Source: Macrostomum lignano | Lineage: Eukaryota | DNA length: 64,000 nucleotides | Assembly (NCBI GenBank): GCA_002269645.1 | Contig: NIVC01000040.1 | Span: 1,240,001 to 1,304,000, forward strand | Direction: 5' to 3' | Shown here: in pieces, positions 35,461 to 46,324 of the stretch | Numbering within the stretch: position 1 is the first letter of the stretch | How the letters are laid out: each line of letters begins with the position of its first letter | Program-made: the position numbers and the translations under genes | The notes under the pieces: model-generated | The model's database searches: none | What the model saw: the letters and a program-made list of their open reading frames with translations, nothing else | Told to the model about the DNA's origin: nothing

Positions 35461-36388
35461 CTACTATTAATGCTGTCCGACTGAGACATTGTTAATGATA
35501 TATCTAGTTTAAATGTACAGACCTATTTTGTATTCAGAAATTTGGTTTTTATCTTAAAGCGGTGGTTGATTCAGTTTTCAGGTGAGTTTCTATTAAAATT
35601 ATAGACTACTACTTTATGTAGTTAATTGGCAGTTTTGCTTTGACCATTTCATATTATACGGTTTACTTGTACTTTTGTTGGCTGCGTAAAAATCATATGT
35701 TGTCATGGCTAATCTAATTAGTCTTCGCCCAAGGACTTCTTAGTAAGAATTTATTATCATTTACGGTTGGCCCGGTTTGTTTATATTGACTTTTAATGCA
35801 CAATTTATGTAGCTTAATCTCTTCTTCGATTTCTTTCAACACTGAATATCACTTTACGTGTCCGCTCCGGCTACTGTCAGTAAGTAGTATTACGCGAAAT
35901 TGAAACTATTTTAGACAAATAATGATATCTCGCTCGTGCTGTATATTTGTTGTTTTTTATGTAGCATTTATGACTGCAAAAATCAGTTGAGTTGTCTCCA
36001 TTTATTTTTCACATATTTGTGTTACTGGTACAATAACTTTATTTTCTTAGCTAATTCACTTATTTTATTCAAGTCGATGTACAGTTAAAAATCGATGCGT
36101 CTAAAAATCGATTCGTCTTAATATGTTTAGTCTCCAAATAATTCCGTTTACACACTGTATAGATAGGCGAGTTTCAGAGCATGCTGTCACCCGAGATTTG
36201 GCATAACTTTTCGGTTGTTTTCTGGTTGCTACTGATTTTAATCATCACTGATTCTTTTTTTAAGTTAAGTTACTTGTCTCTATTGAAAATTCATAAGTTC
36301 AAAACTTTATATCGTCGAATTCGTTTCAAGATGTAAAAATTGGGTTAGTTACAGTATCAGACGTTAGCCTTTTTAAATTGTGTTGAAA

Positions 36389-36850
36389 CTAGCTCAACCA
36401 ATGAGAGAGCAGTAAGGAGAGAGGTCAAAGCCAGACAGGCAGACGAAACTCAGCCGAGGTGGGGGCAGGCCCAATCTAGCTCAACCAATGAGAGAGCAGT
36501 AAGGAGAGAGGTCAAAGCCAGACAGGCAGACGAAACTCAGCCGAGGTGGGGGCAGGCCCAATCTAGCTCAACCAATGAGAGAGCAGTAAGGAGAGAGGTC
36601 AAAGCCAGACAGGCAGACGAAACTCAGCCGAGGTGGGGGCAGGCCCAATCTAGCTCAACCAATGAGAGAGCAGTAAGGAGAGAGGTCAAAGCCAGACAGG
36701 CAGACGAAACTCAGCCGAGGTGGGGGCAGGCCCAATCTAGCTCAACCAATAAGAGAGCAGTAAGGAGAGAGGTCAAAGCCAGACAGGTAGACGAAACTCA
36801 GCGTAAGGCGCATGCAGGCCCAATCTAGCTCAACCAATGAGAGAGCAGGC
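36389..36850. repeat. 87-bp tandem repeat, about 5.3 copies
   Basis: Units start at 36389, 36476, 36563, 36650, 36737 and 36824 (partial) and are nearly identical. Confidence 0.95.
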
Positions 36851-37631
36851 AGGAGGTCAAAAACTTGAGCTTAAAGAACTCCGAGTACCGCGTAAAATAT
36901 TGATAAGTTTTTTTATTTACCATTATCAAATATTACTCTATTGCAGTGTCTCATCTGCGTGGGGCTATGTAAAAGGTTTGTTCACTATTGATGGACTTCC
37001 TCAATTTTTTAATTTTAACAATAAAGCCAGGCGTTGTACCGTGTCAATCAGCCAGTTTGTTGATCTTTCATGAGTTTTTATATATTTGCGCTAGTTTTTG
37101 TCTCAGTGCACATGCAAAATTTATATCTATTAAGTATATACGCCAGGCGTTAACTTCATAAGGTGATTTTTAGCTAAAAGAGACGAAGCATCTGCGTTAA
37201 TTGCATCATGAAAAAATTTTAATTTAAAAAAAACTGTTTTAGTAAGCTGCATGTAAGTTGATTAAATTGAAAGACCTTAGGCAATTTGGAGTACGAGTGA
37301 AATAGTAGTAAGTAAGAGCCGTGAATATTAGAATCTTTTGGAAGACGCTCGATCAAGAAGTATACGTATTACATGTAGATCTGTTTCGATTCAATTTGAA
37401 ATCTCTTACCTCCAGCTAGGTTAATGTGTTTTCCCTGATCTCAGATAATGTTTCATTCCCAATACAAGGAGCTATATATATTACCCAGTAGTTGATACAC
37501 TGTAATTGTTCGCTAATATGTACTCTGCTATAAAAGTATAATTTTTACAGCAGTTAAATTTTTACATCAGAGTAGTCCTTTTCTTAAGACAATTTGAATC
37601 CCGAATTCAAATAGAAAATTAGAAAAAAAAG

Positions 37632-37900
37632 TATACTCAGCAACATCGAAAAGTCGCCATCACAGAAGATTCTGTCTGTGGTCGCCACTTTTGAGAGTGC
37701 AGGTAAAATCTCTCAATCTTTGCCAGTGACGCAACTTTAGCTACGCCGCGGCAGACTTGGGTTGAGGAATGAAGTGCGGGTGCGGTGTGCGACGGTTGGA
37801 CGGATTAAAGCTACCCTGATCAGTTTTCTCGTAGCTTTAATTTTAGAATAGTCCAAGAGAAATTGCTCACTGGCGACTTTTCAATGTTGCTGAGAATATA
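37632..37900. mobile_element. MITE-like element with about 28-bp TIRs
   Basis: TATACTCAGCAACATCGAAAAGTCGCCA versus TGGCGACTTTTCAATGTTGCTGAGAATATA. Confidence 0.55.
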
Positions 37901-38863
37901 TGGTGACATTTTTTAGTTATTAAAATTAATAACTTTAACACGGTGTATGTTCGTGCCAGTCGAATTTCTAAAGGGATTTCTCAGACAACTCCGAGTAATA
38001 TAATAAATCATCACGAGAGATTTCCGTCGAAAACCGTTTGAATACATTGTTTTAAATTGTTCTAGCTAATAAGAATTAACAAACACCGAGAAAGAATAGG
38101 GCGTAATAATCTGCCAAAAACACCGTAAAAAACCGATAAAAATTTGAAAGAGTAAATGAAAATCTACTAATATGATATACCTTAAATTAGGTTTTTGTGT
38201 AATTGAAATATTTTTAACTACGCGCATTTTTAAAATTTGTTTAATTGAGACAAGTATCGCGCTATTATTTTCAAAATATTTTAATTTGCAATTTTGTAAA
38301 TACCCAAGTCGCCGTTTGAATACGAGTGACGAAGTCGTGCAGGCAATTCTTGTCGGCTGTGCTCACTTAGCCGAGGGGAGAAAGTCTTAAAGATTCCTGC
38401 TCAAACCATTACTGTATTTATAACCATTGGCGATGTTTTGCAGACAGCGTGCGAGGCTTAAAAGCGTAATTCACGCGCGGGAATAAAATCAATTCCAGAA
38501 TACATTCAAATATATGGAAACTAAGCGAGTCGGAGAAAAGAATGCGACTGCGCAACAAATTAAGTCAGCAGGGTGCACAGTGCGTACGGTACGGGGAAAG
38601 GACAACTTGTTACAACAGCTCCCTCCTTCGAAAGTTTAATGCCCTCATTAAACTGAAAAAGATTTTTTGGAAAAAGGATTCGAAGCAAAACGAAAATTTC
38701 ACAGCTGCAGGCACACCTTCTCAAAGAAGAACAAGTGGCAGCGAAACAAATGAGGCTGAACAAAAGGGATCTTTTCGAAAATAGAAAAAGACTAACTGTT
38801 TGCGCAAACTGAATCAAAGCACGATTTTGCCCTAGACAAAAACAGTCCAGTCCAGGTCTCTAA

Positions 38864-40816
38864 TCAGTCCTCACTCGGCCGATCGTTGTCGCTGTCGTCG
38901 GCATCAGCGCCCTGGTCACCATCTTCATCACCAGACGGTGGTGTTGGTGGGCAGGCGCGCTTGAGTTTGTTGACGTGAACCACCCGGCCGTTGATCTCGC
39001 CGTCTCGGTAATCGACGGGCCGAATCAGGTAGTTGACCGGCGACGTTCTGCGAAGGACGTTGAATGGGCCAGTCCACGGCGACTGATGTTTCACCGGCAG
39101 ACCGTTGGTTCTGGAGAGCACAGCGGGAGGCACGAACAGCCAAACGAGGTCGCCAGCACGAAACTTCCGCTTCCTTGCCTTCCGGTCGTAGTACCGCCGC
39201 TGACGCCTCTGAGCTGCACCAGTTGTCCTCCGCACTGTTTCGAAGGCGTCCTGCAGCCGCTGGACGGTCTCCACCGCGTACTGGCCGACGATCGCTGGGG
39301 GCTCTGGCGGCCGGTAGACGACGTCCAACGGCAGCACCACCTCTCGGCCAGTCAACAGGAAGTGCGGGGAGAACCCTGTTGTCGCGCTGATGCTGCTTCT
39401 GTAGGCCAGGAGACAGTGCGGCAGGGCGTCCTCCCAGTCCGGCGGATTGACGGTCTGGAGGTGACAGCGCAGCATTTGATGAAGCGTCCGATGAAATCGT
39501 TCCACCAGGCCGTCGCACTGCGGTTGGTAGCCTGATGTTCGGGTCTTGTCGATCTCCAGCAGGCTGCAGAGACCTCGGACAATGCGGCCGTCGACGCTTC
39601 TGCCTCGGTCCGAATGGAAGACATGTGGAGCTCCCCAGCGCGCGATCCAGTGGCTGAACAACGCCTTGGCAATAGTTGCTGCCTTCTCGTCCGGCATTGG
39701 CACCAGCTCCACCCATTTGCTGAAGTAGTCGATGATCGTTAGTAGACGATCGTTGCCATTCTTGGAGACGCCGACCTTGACGACGTCGAACCCGACGCGC
39801 TGCATGGGGAAACCCGCTGTGATACTTTGTAACGGCGCACGTTTGATGAGCGGCGTCTTGGCTCGCTGGCAGACTCCGCATGAACGAACAGCCAGCCGGA
39901 CGCTTTCGGCCATCTTCGGCCAGTAGAACCGCGCCTTGAGGCTGGCCAGCGTCTTGTCCTCGCCCAGGTGGCCGATGTTGTGGACCTCGTAGATGACGTC
40001 GCGCTGTTGACAGAGAGGGATGACCGGCACCGGCTTCGCGTTGACCAGGCGGTGCATGGCGCCGTTGACGAAGCACAGATCGTGTACCTTTTGTGCCAGC
40101 ACCAGGGTCTCCGACGGCACTTTGTCGCGCTGCCGATCGGTGAATATGGTCTTGCCGTCGGCGAGCAGCCGGAACACTGGGCTGATGACTGGATCCTGAA
40201 GCTGCATTCTGCGTAGAGACGGTGGTCCGCTGTCTGCTGCTGGTGCCTCAGTCGCGTCGTCATCGCTGCTGTCTTCACTCTCACTGGTAAGCGGCTGTAG
40301 AATTTGCTTGCGCCTCGCCTGCATGGTGCTGACCTGGACGATGTCGTTAGCAGGCGCTGCTGGCGCCTCGGTGTCCATTTGGCAAGCCACCGAGGAAGTC
40401 GTCTTTCTGATGTTTACTGGCTCCGGCCGACAGATTCGACATTGGTTGGTACATCGTTGCTGGACCCGTGATAGAGCGTCGGCGTTGTTGTGCTGACGGC
40501 CTGGGCGGAAGACAACTTTGAAGTCGTACTCGTCTAGAGTCTGCAGCCACCGTGCCAGTTGACCCTCGGGCTCCTTGAACATCAGCAGATGTGTCAGAGA
40601 CTGATGATCGACGCGGACGGTGAATGTCCGAGGCAGCAGGTACGTTCGAAACTTTCTGACATGGTCGACGACCGACAGCAGTTCTCGCCTCGTCACGCAA
40701 TAGTTGCGTTCAGCCCTTGACAGCGCCCGACTGGAGTACGCGATGACCCGTTCCTCGCCGGCCTGGACTTGAGAGAGCACCGCGCCAATGGCACAGTCGC
40801 TGGCGTCAGTATCCAA
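38864..40816 (-). CDS. Gypsy pol, 3' part: RNase H and integrase
   Basis: DTDASD..IGAVL, ELL, VDHQSL, NADALSR, HHCC zinc finger, FDV..D..SKW, HSDRG, VERFHRTL, and a GPF motif. Confidence 0.95.
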   Translation of the reverse strand: MDTDASDCAIGAVLSQVQAGEERVIAYSSRALSRAERNYCVTRRELLSVVDHVRKFRTYLLPRTFTVRVDHQSLTHLLMFKEPEGQLARWLQTLDEYDFKVVFRPGRQHNNADALSRVQQRCTNQCRICRPEPVNIRKTTSSVACQMDTEAPAAPANDIVQVSTMQARRKQILQPLTSESEDSSDDDATEAPAADSGPPSLRRMQLQDPVISPVFRLLADGKTIFTDRQRDKVPSETLVLAQKVHDLCFVNGAMHRLVNAKPVPVIPLCQQRDVIYEVHNIGHLGEDKTLASLKARFYWPKMAESVRLAVRSCGVCQRAKTPLIKRAPLQSITAGFPMQRVGFDVVKVGVSKNGNDRLLTIIDYFSKWVELVPMPDEKAATIAKALFSHWIARWGAPHVFHSDRGRSVDGRIVRGLCSLLEIDKTRTSGYQPQCDGLVERFHRTLHQMLRCHLQTVNPPDWEDALPHCLLAYRSSISATTGFSPHFLLTGREVVLPLDVVYRPPEPPAIVGQYAVETVQRLQDAFETVRRTTGAAQRRQRRYYDRKARKRKFRAGDLVWLFVPPAVLSRTNGLPVKHQSPWTGPFNVLRRTSPVNYLIRPVDYRDGEINGRVVHVNKLKRACPPTPPSGDEDGDQGADADDSDNDRPSED

Positions 40817-40819
40817 AAC

Positions 40820-41923
40820 CAGTGTTGGGCAAGTTACTTAAAAAAAGTAACTTGCGTTACTGTAACTTAAGTTACCAATTTTTAAAAAGTAACTTACGTT
40901 AGCCTAGTAACTTTAGACAAAAACCTGGTAACTTTTAAGTTACTGTCCGTTACTCACTTCCGTTACCCATGTTATTAACAAAATTTTCTGCTTTTTTCAC
41001 ATTGCACATTTTTTCACATTGTTGTTACCGAAATTTGCCATTGGGCATTGGGATTAACCGATTAACAGACAGAGACAGGAATTGGCGACACGATGTGAGG
41101 CAAATAGAAGGACCAATGGGCAATGGCAATCAATAATTAAAATTATAAATGATAAAATAAACGAATATCAATAATTCAATAGAGTAAAATAAATAGAACT
41201 GTATAAAATGGTGTAGTGTACTGCAGTGCCAGTGGAGGGACTTGTGGAGGCTACAGATGAATTTCTTTCTTTGGTTGTTTGTTTGAATCAAACTTGAAAA
41301 TTTTTAGTAACGAAAATGGGCCTTTTCATATAGCTAGTTCTGGTTCCAGAATCAGAACCAATTTGTGAAGTATAACTTTTTGTCTCCATAACTAGAGGGA
41401 GATACGTGCTATAAAGTTTTTATTATTGAATGAAAATCGCTAAGAAGAAAGTGAAAAATTGTGCTATGTGAGGTTGTTAAGGCAGTCAAACATTCAACAG
41501 AATTAAATAGTTATACTGCTGTTTTTCTTGGAAGATCCGAACCGATTCTGATTCTGGAATTGGTAATATGAAAAGCCTCAATGAAAGGCGAAAATATTTT
41601 ACCAATATTAACAAAGTAATACATGTTTCAAGTATTTCTTCATTAATTAAACGCAATACCATATGATACTATTCACTTAATTTTGAATTTATGAATGAAA
41701 AATGCAAAAACATGTGACAACCGGCGTACTAGCTAAGCATTTCAGTTTTTAATTTAAATATTGCGATTGTTGCAAAGTAACTGTAACGGACTTCCGAAAT
41801 TTGAGTAACTTACCGTTACTCCGTTACTAAAATAAAAAAGTAACTTGCGTAAGGAACGCTTTACGAAAAAGTAACTTGCGTTACCATTTGCAAGTTACTC
41901 GGTAACGGAAGTGCCCAACACTG
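40820..41923. mobile_element. Non-autonomous hAT element, 1104 bp, with 8-bp TSD TCCAAAAC
   Basis: TIRs CAGTGTTGGGCA and TGCCCAACACTG; GTAAC/GTTAC subterminal motifs. TCCAAAAC at 40812-40819 and 41924-41931. Confidence 0.92.
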
Positions 41924-41931
41924 TCCAAAAC

Positions 41932-43838
41932 GAACTCCGAGCTGTCTGGGCTGGTGTCCGGAAGGCAAGGACTGGTGCTGACGCTAGCGCCGCCTTCAGT
42001 TGGACAAATGCTGCCTCAGCCGCTGGTGTCCACTGGAATTTCTCCGCCGGAAGAGTCAGGCGTCGTAGCGGTTCGGCAATCTTCGAATAGTCCTGAACGA
42101 ATCGCCGATAGTACGCCGTGAGGCCTAGGAAGCTCTTCACCTCCTTAGGGTTTCCTGGTGTTGGCCATGCGCGGATGACGGCAGTCTTGGTCTCGTCGAC
42201 GGTGATGCCGGACTTGGAGACTCGATGACCGAGCACAATCATCGTCGAGTTGGCGAAACGGCACTTTGACGGTTTCAGCCGCAGGTTTGCCTCTTTCAGC
42301 CGCTCAAGCACTGCTCGCAGTCGAGAATTGTGCTCAGCGATCGTCCGGCCCATAACGATGACATCGTCGATGAAAACGAGGCACGCTTGCCAGGTCAGCC
42401 CTTGGAGCACCAGCTGCATAAGTCGTTGAAACGTCGCCGGGGCGTTGCGCAGGCCGAAGGGCATGACGTTGAACTCGAAAAGGCCTTGGTGACAGATAAA
42501 AGCAGTCTTTTCCTTGTCGCGCTCTTCGACTTCGACCTGCCAGTAGCCACTCTCCAGATCGAGTGCCGAAAAGTAAGCGTTGCCCTCCAGAGCGTCCAAG
42601 GTGTCGTCGATGCGAGGGATCGGGAAGGCATCCGGCTTGGTGACCTGGTTGAGCAGCCGATAGTCAAGGCAGAAGCGTGCCGTCCCATCCTTCTTCCTGA
42701 CGAGCACGATCGGCGATGCCCACGGCGAAGATGACGGCCGGATGACGCCTTTTTGCAGCATGTCGTCGACTAGTTCGGCCTGTTTTTCGATGACCGGGCG
42801 CGCTGCACGTCGAAGGCCCTGTCGAATCGGTCGCGCTCCACCGGTGTCGATGTGGTGTCGTAAAACTGCTGTGCGGCCAGCGTTGCCTGGTGATGCGAAG
42901 ACGTCGCAGAATTCCAGCAGAAGATCTTTGACAGACTGCTGTTCGTCGACCGAAATATCACTTTCGATTTTTATGCTGTTTAACCAGTCTGTCGTGTGTT
43001 GCAATGTCGCCGAAACCGAGACTACCGCCGTCGTCACCGCCAAGCTGCCAGCGGCCGTCGCCGCCGTGCTGCCAGCGGCCGTCGCCGCCGTGCTGCCAGC
43101 GGCCGTCGCCGCCGTGCTGCCAGCGGCCGTCGCCGCCGTGCTGCCAGCGGCCGTTGCCGCCGTGCTGTCAACGGCCGTCGCCGCCGTGCTGCCAGCGGCC
43201 GTCGCCGCCGTGCTGTCAGCGGCCGTCTGGATTCGTGCGTGGCTACTGAGCGGTGAGAAACTGCCGATGATGTCGCCGTCGCTAATGCTGATGATCTGAT
43301 CGCCGACGTTGATGACAGCCAGTCCCATTCCGCTGTCGGATAGCTTTGAGACGCAGCGACCGATGAGCAGCCCTTGTAGTTTTGTCCCGATGACTATCCC
43401 AGGGGCGCCTGATTTCGTCCACGAGGCTTGCTGGGCTGGCTTGATTGGGATGATCCACCGATCGCCTGGCTGCAGCTGAACTGAGGCCGCCGACACTAGC
43501 CTGCAGGTCTGCGCTGCTTCTTTGCTTTGCCGAGTCGGGATTGATGCGCCTATGCTGTTGAAGGTGATGCAACCGGCCTGCAGATGAACAGAGACGTCGT
43601 GGGTGCTGAGGAAGTCACAGCCCAGGATGACGGATGCCGGATGCAGCTTCTCCAGTACGACGAATCGATGTTGTACACGAACGATTCCAAGTGTCACTGT
43701 CAATGTTGTCTCGCCCAGCACTCGTTGCAAGTTGCCGTCCACGCCTCTAATGGTGATGCTGCTGGGCTGCAGCTGCCGCCTGGCCTTCCGGTAGATCTCG
43801 GCGCCGATGCATGACACCTCTGCTCCAGTGTCGATCAA
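41932..43838 (-). CDS. Gypsy pol, 5' part: aspartic protease and reverse transcriptase
   Basis: LIDTGAEVS, ILGCDFL, SSPWASPIVLV.KKDG..RFCLDYR.LN, FSALDLESGYWQ, MPFGLRNAPATFQ, and FIDD. Confidence 0.95.
43024..43222 (-). repeat. In-frame 24-bp repeat (AATAAGST, about 8 copies) in the pol PR-RT linker
   Basis: Unit GCCGTCGCCGCCGTGCTGCCAGCG on the + strand; the reading frame is preserved. Confidence 0.9.
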
Positions 43839-43930
43839 GCAGTGGCGCCGTCGTCTGAGAATGCGCGCGGTGACGAAACGCGCCTGACCAGGCTGACAGC
43901 TGCTGAGGCGTGGAGTGGAGGCCGAGTGTC

Positions 43931-45145
43931 TTAGTGCTGAGAGGGCCGGTGCTGGCCTCGCGGACCAGCCCCCTCGGCGTTTGGGCAGTTGCGTCGAATA
44001 TGGCCGAGCTGACCGCAGCTGTAACAGACTGTTTTCTCCAGTCGTTGCTGTCCTCCGGTGCTCGACTGCTGCGGCATCAGCGGTCTTGGTAGCTCAGTCG
44101 ATCTTGGAGGCCTCGGTGGTGTTGGCGGCGTAGGCGACATCTGCGGCTGCACTAGACTGGTACTCATGTACGCCCGCGTTTCCCGAAGCTGCTGGGCGAA
44201 GCGTAGTGCCTGCTCCACAGTGTGTGGCGGAGTTGGATGGTTGAGCAGTCGCTCAGTGACGTAGCTGTCGTTTAGGCCTTGCATGAACTGCTCGAGAACT
44301 ATCTGCTGCACAAAGACCTGGGCTCCCGGGTCCGGATGGGCCCGAACAGCCAACCGTTGGAGCTCCGTCAGGTACTTCTCAAAGCTCTCGTCAGGTTTCC
44401 GATGTCGAGCACGGAACTCGCGTCGAAGAAGGGCTGCACTCTTGGCACCACCGTGACGTGAGCGGAGGTGTTCTACCAGGTCTTCGTAGTACACCCCAGG
44501 TAGCTGATCCAATGTTGACCCGGGCGGAAGACCTACGTACGCGCACTGCATTGCCAGCCAGGCAGTGTACGTTGCGAATGCCGGTCCGAGATAAGCCGTC
44601 AGGGTATTGACCTTCTCGATGTCCGGGAGGCCGGGGAATCGACCAATGTGAGCGCCGATCCTGACGAGGAAGTCGTCGAAGTCTTCACGACCGTTGTATG
44701 GCGGAGGATTGGGCACCGAAGGCAGAGCAAGCCGGTGATTTGCCACTGGCAGCGCTGCATAAGCCAGGTTGTTAGGTGGGGCGTATTCCAGCTCCGGGAC
44801 ATGTCGAGCTTGACGTTGAACGTGCTCATGGAACGGGTTTGTTGAATACGACTCCGGCCGCGTCGTCCGTGGATCTTCGTCTGCGATGAACGGGTTGGTC
44901 GATCTGTTGGCTGCTGCAGACACAAACGGGTTGTATGAACTCGAACTGGACGCGATGCTTGACTCGGCTGCTGGTAGCTGCATCTGCCGCGTTTGCTCGT
45001 CTGACCAGCCGTCCTCGAAGCTCCAGGAAGTCGTCGTCGTTCCACATGATGAAACACTAGCGTGGTCGCCAAATGTAAATACCCAAGTCGCCGTTTGAAT
45101 ACGAGTGACGAAGTCGTGCAGGCAATTCTTGTCGGCTGTGCTCAC
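43931..45145 (-). CDS. Gypsy gag with CCHC zinc knuckle
   Basis: PPPYNGREDFDDF, RHRKPDESFEKYLTELQRLA..A, LEQFMQGL, CYSCGQLGHIRRNC. The true start is probably an internal ATG (for example MQLP at about 44983). Confidence 0.9.
   Translation of the reverse strand: MSTADKNCLHDFVTRIQTATWVFTFGDHASVSSCGTTTTSWSFEDGWSDEQTRQMQLPAAESSIASSSSSYNPFVSAAANRSTNPFIADEDPRTTRPESYSTNPFHEHVQRQARHVPELEYAPPNNLAYAALPVANHRLALPSVPNPPPYNGREDFDDFLVRIGAHIGRFPGLPDIEKVNTLTAYLGPAFATYTAWLAMQCAYVGLPPGSTLDQLPGVYYEDLVEHLRSRHGGAKSAALLRREFRARHRKPDESFEKYLTELQRLAVRAHPDPGAQVFVQQIVLEQFMQGLNDSYVTERLLNHPTPPHTVEQALRFAQQLRETRAYMSTSLVQPQMSPTPPTPPRPPRSTELPRPLMPQQSSTGGQQRLEKTVCYSCGQLGHIRRNCPNAEGAGPRGQHRPSQH
43941..43985 (-). promoter_or_regulatory. 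Putative -1 programmed ribosomal frameshift signal
   Basis: Slippery heptamer C CCA AAC in the gag frame (43979-43985), followed by a GCGA-tetraloop hairpin. The pol frame is -1 and stays open from here to the protease. Confidence 0.65.
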
Positions 45146-45299
45146 TTAGCCGAGGGGAGAAAGTCTTAAAGATTCCTGCTCAAACCATTACTGTATTTAT
45201 AACCATTGGCGATGTTTTGCAGACAGCGTGCGAGGCTTAAAAGCGTAATTCACGCGCGGGAATAAAATCAATTCCAGAATACATTCAAATATATGGAAA

Positions 45300-46324
45300 T
45301 GAGGTGGGGTGGAGAAGGACTCCTTTTTGGGACGGTTGTTTTTGAATTTGCTGACACCAGTGAGGTGGGGCGGATTCCTCGTTTGAATTGCCGCCGGCGT
45401 TGAGTTCGCACGAATAAAACCGGAAAAACGCGCAGACGAATCCCAACGAAATTTCTTCTCCTGTTTTACTCCGACAGCCGGGTTCTCAAGTCCGGGGGGA
45501 GGGTAGTCGTAATCGTAGCGGAGCGGTCGTTAGCGGCGCGGTCGTTCAAAGCAGTGAACACCGGAGATTTCTGACTCCGAAAATTGATGCGTCGGTTATC
45601 TGAACTCGTTACTTTCAGTAGGGTAGTTGCTGCCACCACCGTAATTTACGTATTACGGAACGAATAAGTCTCAGAGCTATCTTTGAGATGAGAACTTTGG
45701 TTATTTTACGCCCCACGGGCAAATGACTCAAGAGAATACTATGGCTTTGGATTAGTGAATAAATATAATTAATTATTGGAATTTATTAGATTGACTTATT
45801 TCGAGCAGGCTGGATAATAAAATAAATTTTACACGACACTACACGGATGAGACGCGGGCCGAGGTCGAAAATGTTTCGACTGGGCTTAAAACACGCAGAA
45901 AACTGTAGCACTAAATTTAAACGGTAGTAAAATATTAAAGAGCAGTAGTAGGTTTTTAGGAAACTTTTAAGAAACAAAAAAACAAAAAAACAAAACACCT
46001 AACACCTTTTTGGAAACAATCATGTAAACCATCGTTTAAATAGAGGGGAATGAACAGTCACGCAGTGGGGACAGAGGCTGGGCATGCACAGTGGGAGAGA
46101 AAAACACGTAAAAGGGGCGGCTTAAACACATAGAAAAAAAACAAAAATTACGGCATACATCCAACTCCGTGTAAGCAGTACACGTTGCAGGTAAAGACAT
46201 AAACCAACATCGGGAGTGATGTCACTCCAATGAAGGGGAAACGCAGCGGTTCGCCATGCACATGCAAAAATTAAACATGCCAAATTCCAGTCTTCGCATC
46301 TTACGTGGCAACCCGCCTGCCACA
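45300..46324 (-). mobile_element. Probable solo LTR inserted in the 5' LTR, 1025 bp, TSD GAAA
   Basis: TG...CA ends; GAAA at 45296-45299 and 46325-46328. Absent from the 3' LTR. A diverged relative lies at about 10450-10930. Confidence 0.6.

Noticed and set aside
36389-36850. Tandem hammerhead (retrozyme) array, suggested by GACGAAAC
   Set aside because: The CUGANGA core is missing (CCAAUGA instead) and no helix II closes on GAAA.
38928-44845. Overlapping alternative-frame and antisense ORFs in the Gypsy element (for example 382 aa at 38928-40076)
   Set aside because: These are expected shadows of GC-rich coding sequence and have no domain signatures.
45061-45145. Gag translation starting inside the LTR
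   Set aside because: The ORF call starts at a GTG. A stop-free leader of this length in GC-rich DNA can occur by chance, and an internal ATG is available.
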